In this document: positions 39,301 to 52,040 of the stretch, in pieces
How the letters are laid out: every line of letters starts with the position of its first letter
How positions within the stretch are numbered: position 1 is the stretch's first letter
NCBI RefSeq assembly: GCF_018350175.1
Contig: NC_058368.1
Coordinates: 72,232,001-72,296,000, forward strand
Origin: Felis catus
Lineage: Eukaryota
DNA length: 64,000 nucleotides
Direction: 5' to 3'
Made by a program: the position numbers and the translations under genes
The notes under the pieces: generated by a model
Databases searched by the model: none
What the model was told of the DNA's origin: nothing
Seen by the model: only the letters and a program-made list of their open reading frames with translations

Positions 39301-41399
39301 GAATATAGTTAGAAATTGCAAAGCAGATTCTAAGAGGGGAAAAATTAAGAATCCTTGCTGAGTTGTGTGCTAAGAGTTGGCAAGACTTGACTCCTCCTTT
39401 TAAAGCTGCTTTCTGTCTTATCTCCTATGCTCCTGATATAACCTAAGTCCTAGCACCTACCCTGAAATAACTGATGGACACACAGGGTTTATTACCTTCT
39501 TCCTTCCTTCTTAGGGACATAACCTAAGCCACCCAATACTCATACTCAGCCATAGCTCTGACACTAAAGAAATGAATTAAACTTGTTGAGTCGATACAGT
39601 GAGGATATTTAGACTATGTGTGGGAAGGCACTCTGTAAAATGCAATTGCTACCCAATCATTTTCCTCTCATCAGAATGTACATATCCCATTCTGTTCCTC
39701 TCATACACAGCAGTAGATGACAATGGTCAAATTCATCATACCAATTAGCAAGTAGATCAAATTGTGTACTATCCCTCTAAGTTCGAATGACCCCTAACCT
39801 AATTGAACTACATAAAGTCCCTCCAGGAGCTCCTAGGGAAATACCCTGTCATTTCATTTAAACATGTGAGAGAAACACTTTGATTAGAGAGTCTTCCAAG
39901 GACTCCAGATTTACTCCCCATCTACACATCTAATTCAACAGATACATCTTTGTGATTTCTCAAGATTACCTGTTAATGCCATGTTGTCAAGAACATCTTA
40001 TTTCCACATTCATTTTTCCTGACTTTCAGTAGACACTGAAAATATTATGTGAAGTCCAGCAAAGAAATTTTCCATTTTCTGAAGTTCAAGCACTGAATTT
40101 TTCTTGGATGGAAGTTTAAGCCATCTGTCAGCATTATGGTTTCTTGTAAAGAATATACCCTTTTATACCTGTACCCTGGAAAATTCTTGTTTTAGTTTTT
40201 TGCAGGTATCACAAGAGAAAAAAACAAATAACATTCAGTTTATATGGTCCCTTTCTAAAATTCTTAAGGGTTGGGACAAAATGACCACGATAGTCTCTAA
40301 TAATATTTTTAAAATATGTCATTCTGTAGATTACCACAGAATACATTTATGATAAAAATTGCATCACTGACAGATGCAGATAATTAAGTAATCTTATGCT
40401 TGCTGCTAAATATGAAATACTTGATGTAATTTTACACTGTTATGCCTTTTCATTTTTAAAATGAATTATTACCACTACCTAGCATAATTAACCTAAATGT
40501 TTCTAGTTATTCTTAAACTCTTAATTAAAGTGCACAATATTCAATACACTTCCTCCTGGTATGCTCATTTGAAGGCTTTCTATTAATTCCCAAAGTGAAA
40601 TGTAGTTTGGGTGAACTTAAGCGGCTTTCTATTACCTCCTGAAATTGTTTAGTCCAGTATTTAGAAAGGTTCTTCTGGAACTGTTCAATTTGTGTCCACT
40701 TATTTTAATTTACAAAAGTCTTTTTAAGAAAATGTAATTATTGATATAAATAATACTGTTTGGTATTTCTAAGTAAGGATGCACTAAGGACAATTTTATG
40801 AGATGAAGGCAAGAAATGTTAAGCATGAATTAAATAACCTCTGGAAATGCTACAGAATCAGTGAAGTTAAGAATTTTGACCTGATTCAGCCTGGTTAGGA
40901 ACTGCCTTACTAATCTACATGTGAAAAATGAAGACCAGGGCCATTTTCCAGAAGACCTGACCTCTCCCGTGGGAATGCCCTTGATTTAAACTCAGAGGAA
41001 ATGGTCCAGTTAGCTTTGGTAACCAGTGGCTGCTTCCTGATTAATTTACTATTTCACTACTCAGCATGGGCCTCCATGTCTGCCTGGCTGGCCTGTCACA
41101 TCCTCCTGTATCACTCGAGATTTCCTATGATAACACTGACCAAACCAATCACTTAGAGTGTCCCGCACTGTCATTTCTGTCGTGGTGTGATCCCCAGCAC
41201 ATGGAAGGTGCTTAATTCCCTTTTGATCGTTTACTCTTTTTTCAGGAACAGTAACCTCTACAGGGGCCAGGGGCCACCCTAGGAACCTCAGGGTTTTAGG
41301 AAGGTTGTATTTTAAGTTGTTTGATGGGCTAACCAATGAGTGTTTATTTTTAGTTATGCTTACATAACTCACATATATGTTACTTATGTTGACTCTTTT

Positions 41400-41503
41400 C
41401 ATACATACATATGTATATACATATAAAACATATACATATACATACATGTATACATACATATGCATGTATATATATACACACACAAATATATATATATATA
41501 TAT
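41400..41503. repeat. (TA)/(TACA) low-complexity tract
   Basis: Direct reading. Confidence 0.85.
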
Positions 41504-42045
41504 AATGAAAATGCATTATCCCATTTTTTTTAAAAAAGCTAAAAAAAATCTCTATTCCCTTTCTGCATACTAAAAAGTCAATTCTTCTGGGATGATGCTG
41601 TGATAGTGAAGGGGAAAATATGCTACTTTCTTTGTGTTTTTGTAGCAGAAAGAAGTACATTATTTACAAAGCTATCAGCCCAAGTAGCTTGCAAATTCTT
41701 TCATCTGATCTATCCCGTCCTCCACCCTTTCCCCATCCCTAGCCATGCATGCAGTGCTCAGTCTGTGTCTAATAAATGGAAGTGATGAAAAGATCGCATC
41801 TCCAGACAGACTATACCTCAAGACCAAGATGAGATTACGTTGGTATCAATAGAAATCATCCTCTTGCTCCATTTAGTCTTTCTGAAGAAGTTAAGAACCT
41901 GTTAGTACTGTGTTAGAACACAGTGAAGCTGGTTCATCTGGCATTTTCTACTATCCCCAGAGAATAAGGTTTCTGGTTAGGGAAATCTAATTATGTGATG
42001 AAGCATCTAGCATTCTCAGGGAGATCTATCTGACATCAATTTTTT

Positions 42046-42243
42046 TTTAACTTTTTAATTTATTTTTGAGAGACAGAGTGCAAGCAGGGGAGGGACAGAG
42101 AGAGAGGGACACAGAATCCGAAGCAGGCTCCAGGCTCTGTGCTGTCAGCACAAAGCCTGACATGGGGCTTGAACTCACAGACGGCGAGATCATGACCTGA
42201 GACGAAGTTGGAAGCTCAACCGACTGAGCCACCCAGGCGCCCC
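42046..42243 (-). mobile_element. SINEC
   Basis: TSD ctgacatcaatttttt at 42030 and 42250. Confidence 0.93.
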
Positions 42244-43435
42244 CCACCCCTGACATCAATTTTTTAAAAAGGACTTGACTCCTAAGCAGAAAAATATAAT
42301 TAAATCCAGGATATGTGTATTTGATGTCCCTATTACCCATAACGGGATAGAAACAAGAATTACATGGAACTAAGGAAATCCAGACTAGAGAACTCCTCAA
42401 GAAAACACTACAATTTTCAGTAACTTACCAATAAGAGATCCCTAAAATTCAAAACTAATGTTTAAAATTAAAACAAAAAAAAGTTTTGTGGGTACAACTA
42501 AACATAACCCATTTGTAGAATAAGTAGGACACGGGACAAAATTGTTGTCACATTCTCAAAGCTGACAAATGACCTACAAAACCAGAAACCTCAACTACCC
42601 TTCCAACTCAATAAACCTGAACTGAAGTTAAGAACCCAATAAACGCCTCACTGTGGGTAAAGTGCGACCAAATGTGAGCATGAGTGATAGACTGGGAATC
42701 ATAACCTGGGTACAGGTAGAGGGAAGTCCCTGCAGACTGAGTGCACCTAAAGCTGGACATGAATGGGAAATCACAAAGCTGTCGGAGGCTTGGGGGGGGG
42801 GGGTCTCTTAGCAGGCAGGTGGAGGCAGCCCCCAGGGTGCAGCCAGATACATCAAGTGTTCAGAAACTCTTTTCTCGCTTGGCAATTGGGCTTTTTCACT
42901 CCTAACCTGCAACAGTCAGCAAACTTCATCATAAGGATCTTCCAGGTCCTCTAACCTCTCCTGTGTGTTTTTCTTGGCCCCTGTGGTTGGACGCTGGCTT
43001 CACCCTGTGCCAGACCAGTGATATTAGGACTCATTTGACTCAATCATACAGTCCTGCCAGATGAGAGATACATGTTCGAAAGATGAAACATTCTGCTTTA
43101 AATGATGAAATGCTCAGAAAGTATATTACCCTCTGAATCAAGGAGATTTAATCATGTTCAGAATGTTGGACTAAAATATATTTTATTTCATTTTTGGAAA
43201 ATATATGAACCGTGCTTTCAAAGTGCCTTTTTCTGTTAATACACTTTTACATTTTCAAATATTCCTAGAATGCATTTGTTATAGTCTTGTAATGAGACAA
43301 ATATTTTAATTCAAGAAGTCATGTATATTTTCTGTACACACTAGGACTCATTTAATTAGAAAATACCCATGTATTGTGTAGAAGAAGGATTTTCTTGTAT
43401 ATGTAGGAAGCAAACAAGGCTGAATTTATATGCCT

Positions 43436-43669
43436 TTTATTTTTTATTATTTTTTTAAATTTTTGTAATGTTTATTTATTTTTTGAGAGAGAGAGACAGA
43501 GCACGAGCAAGGGAGGGGCAGAGACAGAGGGAGACACACAATCCCAAGTAGGCTCCAGGCTCTGAGCTGTCAGCACAGAGGGTGATGCGAGGCTCTAACT
43601 TGTGAACCATGAGATCATGACCTGAGCCGAAGTCAGACACTTAACCAACTGAGCCACCCAGGTACCCCC
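43436..43669 (-). mobile_element. SINEC
   Basis: Reverse SINE; TSD atgcctttta. Confidence 0.93.
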
Positions 43670-43777
43670 AGATGCCTTTTAAAATGTGGACTCAATTAAT
43701 ATCAGGAAATGTATCTGGTTATAATTTTACTTTTATATGAAGTTGATAGTCCACTGCTATGAAAATTTATTAATATA

Positions 43778-43940
43778 GGGGGTGCTTGGGTGGCTCAGTT
43801 GATTAAGCCCCTGACTCTTGGTTTCAACTCAGGTGATGATCTCCCAGTTGATGAGTTTGAGCCCTGTGTTGCGGTTTGTGCTGACAGCTTGGAGCTTGCT
43901 TGGGATTCTCTCTCTCTCTCTCTCTCTCTCTCAGTACAAA
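43778..43940 (+). mobile_element. SINEC (shortened 3' part)
   Basis: GGGGGTGCTTGGGTGGCTCAG head and (CT)n. Confidence 0.9.
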
Positions 43941-43947
43941 ATATACA

Positions 43948-44155
43948 ATTTTTTAAGTTTATTTATTTATTTTGAGAGAGACAAAGACAGTGTGAGTAGG
44001 GGAGGGGCAGAGAGATGGAGACAGAGAATCCCAAGCAGGTTCTACACTGTCAGCACAAAGCCCACGTGGGGCTCCACCTCATAAAACTGCAAGATCGGGA
44101 CCTGAGCTGAAACCAAGAGTCAGATGCTTAACCAACTGAGCCACTCAGGCACTCC
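43948..44155 (-). mobile_element. SINEC inserted at the tail of the previous copy
   Basis: TSD aatatacaattt on both sides. Confidence 0.92.
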
Positions 44156-45519
44156 TATAATATACAATTTCTTAAAAATAGTGATATATTCCCTAAGCAT
44201 TTGTGGATTTGTAAACAAGCATTTTTCTTTTGCAAGCGATCTCAAATACATAATCTCTAAAATCAAATATTTTTTATATTTTCCATAATAATCACTGGTT
44301 CCTATTATTCCCGTCTATCTCATTTCTCACTCCTGGGTGATGAGAACTTTTATTGGCATCCTGTAAGCCCTATTTTCCATCGTTTCAGCTTGTTTGTACT
44401 GCGTATACACTAGGTTATTCAGTGTACTCCAGTATTTAGTTTATAACATCAACAAAGCAAGTCTTGCATGTGTGTGGCAAATTCTAAACTATGAAGACCT
44501 TTACAAGACTTGCCCAGTTTCCTCAAATTAAAATTCACTGAAATTAGTAGGAAGTGAGGAAATTATGAGTCCTCAACATTCTTAAATAAAATACATGTCA
44601 GAAAATGTCTGGCTGTCATTTTAGGTTCAGTTTCAGATTAAGGTTGGTTCTTTCCCCCTGCTGTATTTCTCTTTTAAAAGTAAAATCACAAAATCTGGGA
44701 CATTTTCTGTGCTGAAGTCATTTGGTTTTTAGCTTTGTACCTTTTAGACACTTGAGATGTTCAATAATGCCACATAGCATAGTTCTTGCTGTGTGCTATT
44801 ATTTCCTGCCACATAAAGTTGGCTTTTCATAGGAGAATATTAAGGTGGGGGAAGAAAAAAAAAGGCTTTTTTATATCCCATTAGATAGTTTATTGCCTTT
44901 TAAGACATTGATGGTAAGGAATGGCCCATTACCAGTCTTTCAGGTTCTTGAATCTGTCTCAAAGACTTTTTGTTACTGATGGCAGTCAGCTTTCAGAACT
45001 TTGTCCTTGTTCCTGACAGACTCCCAAGATGAGCTTATCCATTATTATTTTTGTTTTCTATTCTATCAAATCTGCCTCTCTTACTACATCCATTTCTCCT
45101 TTTTTTTTTTTTTTTTTAAATTCTAACATCCTCCTAACACAATCCTTTGTCACATAACTTTTTCCACTCTGGTAATACTTTCCCAGGGTAGAAAAGTAAT
45201 GAAGGGTAATGAGATCTGCCAGCCTACCGAGCAGCCCTGTTAATTTCTCTATCACAATACAGGTGATAATATCATTCTATGGTGCCCATGTTGTGACAAA
45301 GTCATTCCTGATTCTGTGTTGCCCATTTGTGCTAAGTCCTTTATCTATGGTACCCCACACTCTCTTCTCTCCTTTCTTCCCACAAGCCAAACCCTTATTT
45401 AGAACAAGACTTCTGCTTAGAATCCCTTAAACATTTCTGTGTTCCAGGCTTCTGGCGTTTTGTACTTTCATAACTGTAAAATACTGTAGCCTGAAAACAA
45501 ATAATATATGAAAGTCAAG

Positions 45520-46205
45520 TGTCCAGAACATATATAAGAATAGAGCAAACAACCCAAGAGAAAAATGGGCAAAGAATATAAACTGGAAATTTATAGAAGA
45601 AAAAAAGTCTGAATGGCCCATAAAGATATGAGAAGATGCTTACTGATAAAAACCTCGCCAGTTACTAGAAAGGTACAGAAATACCTTTTCATGCCCATTT
45701 GATAGCTAAAATTTTAAAGTTTGATATCATCAATATCAAAAATTGACATGGAAAGCATACTCATAACACTAATGGGAATAGAGAGGAACAATTTAGGAAT
45801 ATCTATTAAAAATAAAAATGTGCATACTCAGCACTTCTATTTCCACATATCTTTTATAGAGAACCATTCACACTATGCACAAGGAAACTCATGCACAAAT
45901 ATTTAATTCGCCAATGTATTAATCACACACAAAAGAAAAAGTCATCTCTCAGTTATAGAATGACCAAACAAAATGTTTGATAGAATAAAAGATTACATAG
46001 GTGCTAAACTGAATGAAGAAAATACATATTTATTCATGAGAATAATATTGAAACAACACTATGTATATCATATGCAAACATACTTATGCATATACAGATG
46101 AGTTTAAAGTCTGAAAGGGTATATATAGTTTGAACTCATAATAATGTTATCTTGGAAATAAATGCTGGAGAGGTAACCAAAACTGGACACAGTCATCAAA
46201 AAAGA
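45520..46205 (+). mobile_element. Old L1M (L1ME-like) 3' fragment
   Basis: gaaaaatgggcaaagaatataaac...atatgagaagatgct L1 ORF2-end motifs, highly diverged. Confidence 0.6.
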
Positions 46206-46216
46206 CTGCTGTGGGT

Positions 46217-49200
46217 TTTTTTGTTTGTTTGTTTAATTTTATTTTTTTTAATTTACATCCAAATTAGCATATAGTACAACAATGATTTTAGGAGTAGATT
46301 CCTTAGTGCCCCTTACCCATTTAGCCCATCCCCCCTCCCACAACCCCTCCAGTAACCCTCAGTTTGTTCTCCATATTTATGAGTCTCTTCTGTTTTGTCC
46401 CCCTCCCTGTTTTTATATTATTTTTGTTTCCCTTCCCTGAATGTTCATCTGTTTTGTTTCTTAAAGTCCTCATATGAGTGAAGTCATATGATTTTTGTGT
46501 TTCTCTGACTAATTTCACTTAGCATAATATCCTCCAGTTCCATCCACGTAGTTGCAAATGGCAAGATTTCATTCTTTTTGATTGCTGAGTAATACTCCAT
46601 TGTATACATATACCACCTCTTCTTTATCCATTCAACCATTGATGGATATTTGGGCTCTTTCCATACTTTGGCTATTGTTGATAGTGCTGCTATAAACATG
46701 GGGGTGCATGTGTCCCTTTGAAACAGCACACCTGTATCCCTTGGATAAATACCTAGTAGTGCAACTGCTGGGTAGTTCTATTTTTAGTTTTTTGAGGAAC
46801 CTCCATACTGTTTTCCAGAGTGGCTGCACCAGCTTGCATTCACACCAGCAATGCATAAGAGATCCTCTTTCTCCACATCCTCGCCAACATCTGTTGTTGA
46901 CTGAGTTGTTAATGTTAGCCATTCTGACAGGTGTAAGGTGGTATCTCATGGTGGTTTTGATATTTATTTCCCTGATGATGAGTGATGTTGAGCGTTTTTT
47001 CATGTGTCTGTTAGCCATCTGGATGTCTTCTTTGGAGAAGTGTCTATTCATGTCTTTTGCCCATTTCTTCCCTGGATTATTTGTTTTTTGGGTGTTGAAC
47101 TTGATAAGTTCTTTATAGATTTTTGATACTAACCCTTTATCTGATGTGTCATTTGCAAATATCTTCTCCCATTCTGTCAGTTGCCTTTTAGTTTTCCTGA
47201 TTGTTTCCTTCACCGTGCAGAAGCTTTTTATTTTGATGAGGTCCTAGTAGTTCATTTTTGCTTTTGTTTCCCTTGCCTCCAGAGACATGTTGAGTGAGAA
47301 GTTGCTATGGCCAAGATCAAAGAGGTTTTTTCCTGCTTTCTTCTTGAGGATTTTGATGGCTTCCTATCTTATAGGTCTTTCATCCATTTTGAGCTTATTT
47401 TTGTGTATGGTGTAAGAAAGTGGTCCAGGTTCATTCTTCTGCATGTCGCTGTCCAGTTTTCCCAGCACCACTTGCTGAAGAGACTGTCTTTATTCCATTG
47501 GATATTCTTTCCTGCTTTGCCAAAGATTAGTTGGCTATACGTTTGTGGGCCATTTCTGATTCTCTATTCTGTTCCATTGATCAGAGTGTCTGTTTTTATG
47601 ACAGTACCATACTGTCTTGATGATTACAGCTTTGTAGTATAGCTTGAAGTCCAGGATTGTGATGCCTCCAGCTTAGGTTTTCTTTTTCAAGACTGCTTTG
47701 GCTATTGGGGTCTTTTCTGGTTCCATACAAATTTTAGGATTATTTGTTCTAGCTCTGTGAAGAATGCTGGTGTTATTTTGATAGGGATTGCATTGAATAT
47801 GTAGACTGCTTTGGGGAATATCGACATTTTAACATTTGTTCTTCCTATCCAGGAGCATGGAATCTTTTTTCCATTTTTTTGTGTCTTCTTCAATTTTTTT
47901 CAGAGGCTTTCTATAGTTTTCAGTGTATAGGTTTTTCACCTCTTTGGTTAGATTTATTCCTAGGTATTTTATGGTTTTTGGTGCAACTGTAAATAGGATC
48001 GATTCCTTGATTTTTCTTTCTGTTGCTTCATTGTTGGTGTATAGGAATGTGACTGATCTCTGTGCATTGATTTTATATCCTGCAACTTTGCTGATTTCAT
48101 GAATCAGTTCTAGCAGTTTTTGGTAGAAACCTTAGGGTTTTCCATACAGAATATCATGTCATCTGCGAAGAGTGAAAGTTTGACCTCCCCCTGGCCGATT
48201 AAGATGCCTTTTATTTCTTTGTGTTATCTCATTGCAGAGACTAAGACTTCCAATACTATGTTGATTAACAGTGGTGAGAGTGGACATCCTTATCTTGTTC
48301 CTGTCCTTAGGGGGAAAGCTCTCAGTTTTTCCCCATTGAGGATATTAGCATTGGGTCATTCATATATGGCTTTTATGATCTCAAGGTATGCTCCTTCTAT
48401 CCCTACTTTCTTGAGGGTTTTTATCAAGAAAGGATGCTGTATTCTATCAAATGCTTTCTCTGCATCTATTGAGAGGATCATATGGTTCTTGTCCTTTCTT
48501 TTATTGATGTGATGAATCATGTTAATTGTTTTGTGGATATTGAACCAGCCCTGCTGCATCCCAGGTATAAATCCCAGTTGGTCGTGGTGAATAATTTTTT
48601 TAGTGTATTGTTGGAGCCAGTTGGCTAATATCTTGTTGAGGATTTTTGCACCCATGTTCATCAGGGAAATTGGTCTATAGTTCTCCTTTTTAGTGGGGTC
48701 TCTATCTGGTTTTGGAATCAAGGTAATGCTGGCTTCATAGAATGAGTTTGGAAGTTTTCCCCCCATTTCTACTTTTTGGAACAGCTTCAAGAGAATAGGT
48801 GTTAACTCTTCCTTAAATGTTGGGTAGAATTCCCCTGGAAAGCCATCTGGCCCTGGACTCTTGTTTTTTGGCAGATTTTTAATTACTAATTCGATTTCCT
48901 TACTGGTTATGGGTCTGTTCAAATTTTCTATTTCTTCCTGTTTCAGTTTTGGTGGTATATATGTTTCTAGGAATTTGTCCATTTCTTCCAGATTGCCCAT
49001 TTTATTGGTATATAATTGCTCATAACATTCTCTTATTATTGTTTTCATTTCTGCTGTGTTGGTTGTGATCTCTCCCCTTCCATTCTTGATTTTATTTATT
49101 TGAGTCCTTTCCTTTTTCTTTTTGATCAAACTGGCTATTGGTTTATCAATTTTGTTAATTCTTTCAAACAACCAGCTTCTGGTTTCATTGATCTGTTCTA

Positions 49201-50052
49201 CTGTTTTTTTGGTTTCGATAGCATTAATTTCTGCTCTAATCTTTATTATTTCCTGTCTTTTGTTGGTTTGGGGTTTTTTGCTGTTCTTTTTCCAGCTCTT
49301 TAAGGCATAAGGTTAGGTTGTGTATCTGAGATCTTTCTTCCTTCTTTAGGAAGGCCTGGATTGCTATATACTTTCCTCTTATGACCGCCTTTGCTGCATC
49401 CCAAAGGTTTTGAGTTGTGGTGTTATCATTTTCATTGGCTTCCATATACTTTTTAATTTCCTCTTTAACTGCTTGGTTAGCCCATTCATTCTTTAGTAGG
49501 ATGTTCTTCAGTCTCCAAATATTTGTTACCTTTCCAAATTTTTTCTTGTAGTTGATTTAGAGTTTCATAGCATTGTGGTCTGAAAATATGCATGGTATGA
49601 TCTAGATCTTTTTGTACTTGCTAAGGCTGGTTTGTGTCCCAGTATGTGGTCTATTCCGGAGAATGTTCCATGTGCACTGGAGAAGAATGTATATTCTGCT
49701 GCTTTAGGATGAAATATTCTCAATATATGTTAAATCCATGTGGTCCAGTGTGTCATTCAAAGCCATTGTTTCCTCGTTGATTTTTTGATTAGATGATGTG
49801 TCCATTGCCGTGAGTGGGGTGTTGAAGTCTCCTACTATTATGGTATTACTATCGATGAGTTTCTTTATTTTTGTGATTAATTGATTTATATATTCGGGTG
49901 CTACCACATTTGGCACATGAATGCTTACAATCGTTAGGTCTTCTTGGTGGATAAAACCCTTGATTATGATATAATGCTCTTCTGCATCTCTTGATACAGT
50001 CTTTATTTTAAAGTCTAGATTGTCTGATGTAAGTATGGCTACTCCAGCTTTC
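46217..50052 (-). mobile_element. 5'-truncated carnivore/feline L1, about 3.8 kb, degenerate ORF2 (part of EN, RT, C-terminal Cys region) plus 3'UTR
   Basis: ORFs 49704..49916 (IVGDFNTPL), 48356..49171 ([21 protein letters not shown]), LFADDM near 48155-48172, 46632..47213 (CWRGCGE...HCWCEC); stops and frameshifts; T-rich tail. Confidence 0.96.
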
Positions 50053-51456
50053 TAAAAAAGATAACTTTTCAACATAAGAATGAAATTATTTCTTAGGTAA
50101 TTGAATTTTTTAATTAAAGAAACATACAGATTGTGAGTCAGACACTAAAATTTTACATAACCCCTGTACTTTACAAGTCAAACACACTGAAAAAATACAA
50201 TATCTATTCATAGATTATAATTCACTATTAGGGAAAACTATATGCCTATAGGATTTTTTTCCAGTGAATTTATCTTTTAAGTGATACTGCTTTTGTATCT
50301 ATTACTTGACTCAAGTTTCAGGGAGTGTGTATGTAACACATATGAATGTATGATTGCATGTGGGATATAGGGAATCCACACAAATGGATTTATAATTATA
50401 TACTTTGATTCTCATTATTATGCAAATAAATTGATAATGCACAAATATATATTATACAAAGTAAAAGAGTGCAGATGATAAAAATGTGCAAATGATAGTG
50501 TGTAAATTATTTGACAAGGTACACAATACACTTTACAGCATGTAACATATACAAATGCAAGGCTCACAAGTATATAACTTCATCAGTATCAGCATAAAAT
50601 TCTTTACTTTGATGTATGGTTTTGTACCATCCTCAAAGAACAATAATTTTAAAAATATTTTCAGCCCATTAATTCAGTATGTTTAAATGGACTATCAAAG
50701 AAAACATCTGTTCAATGTCTTATGTGCCTTTTACTTAAGTCTATGTCCTAGCAGAATATTAGAATCGATCTAAATATGATCTAACATATATAGTTTCATC
50801 CCTCATGTGTATCATTTGTGATTTATGCTAAAATCATTTGTTTAAACTGCTATAAAATTATTGAACATAACTTAGTTAAACATCTCTGAGTGTACACATT
50901 TTAAAAGATACCTCTTTTTTGTTGAATGAGTCTTTAAAAATTCTAAAACTGCGTTCCAACAAAATAACAATCATGATTCACCATTTTTATTAACCATTCC
51001 TTATAACTTCATAACATTGTGATTTCATTTCATATATGCTTACTTAACATGAAACAGCTTACCGCTAATTGGATCAGTGTAACAAACATGAGTCAACTAA
51101 TAATTAATTCGTGTAGTAGGCAGTACATCAAGAATATAAATAATGAACTTGCCGACTTTCTTAGCAGAATGCAAGGCTTAAATAACTCGTATTTTTATGA
51201 GTCACTTGTCTCAGCCACTTAACTAGATTAAATCTCCCTGAGTTGCCAAGAGCTCATAAACAAATTACAAATTTAATGGTAGAATCTGTTGACATCACCA
51301 ACTGATCTGTACTCAGCAAATCTGGATGGGAACATCTAGTGCAACATTACTAATTCAGCAAAATTTCCTGGATTCTATTTCCACGGTCCCCCTGTTATTA
51401 CCCCATCTTTCAAAATTTATTTTTAATACTGTAAAGTCAACAGTTTTTAAAATAAA

Positions 51457-51653
51457 ATTTTTAAGTGTATTTATTTATTTTGAGAGAGACAGTGTGAGCT
51501 CTAGTCAGGGAGGGGGAGAGAAAGAATCCCAAGCAGGCTCCACGTTGTCAGTGTGGAGCCAGATGTGGGGCTTGAACCCACAAACCGTGAAATCTTGACC
51601 TGAGCAGAAATCAAGAGTTGGACACTTAACAGACTGAGCCACTCAGGCACCCC
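51457..51653 (-). mobile_element. SINEC
   Basis: Reverse SINE ending gagccactcaggcacccc. Confidence 0.92.
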
Positions 51654-51679
51654 AATAATTTGTTTTTTAAATAGCACCT

Positions 51680-51790
51680 ATAACTAACCTTATGTGGTAA
51701 TCATTTGGCAACATATACATGTAACAAATCACGTTCACACACCTTAAACTTACACAATGTTATATGTCAATAAAGCTGGAGAAAACACTA
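51680..51790 (+). mobile_element. L1M 3' terminal fragment
   Basis: caccttaaacttacacaatgttatatgtcaataaagctgg. Confidence 0.65.
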
Positions 51791-51825
51791 AAGACTAAAA
51801 AATACATCTAAAAGTATTAAGTTAA

Positions 51826-52040
51826 GGGGTGCCTGGGTGGCTCAGTTGGTTAAGCAGCCAACTTCGGCTCAGGCCATGATCTAACGGTTCATGAGTTTGA
51901 GCCCCATGTCAGGCTCTGTGCTGACAGCTCAGAGCCTGGACCCTGCCTCAGATTCTGTGTCTCCTTTTCTGTCTGCCTGTCCCCTGCTCTCTCTCTCTCA
52001 CTCTCTCTCAAAAAGAAATAAACATTAACAAAATAATAAA
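51826..52040 (+). mobile_element. SINEC
   Basis: GGGGTGCCTGGGTGG head, CT tract, tail. Confidence 0.92.

Noticed and set aside
41061..41660. 199-aa minus-strand ORF
   Set aside because: Runs through a (TA)/(TACA) tract; low-complexity artefact, as are the ORFs at 3107-3438 and 62658-63136.
48356..49171. 271-aa reverse-transcriptase-like ORF as an active or domesticated gene
   Set aside because: A fragment of a 5'-truncated L1 ORF2 with stops and frameshifts on both sides.
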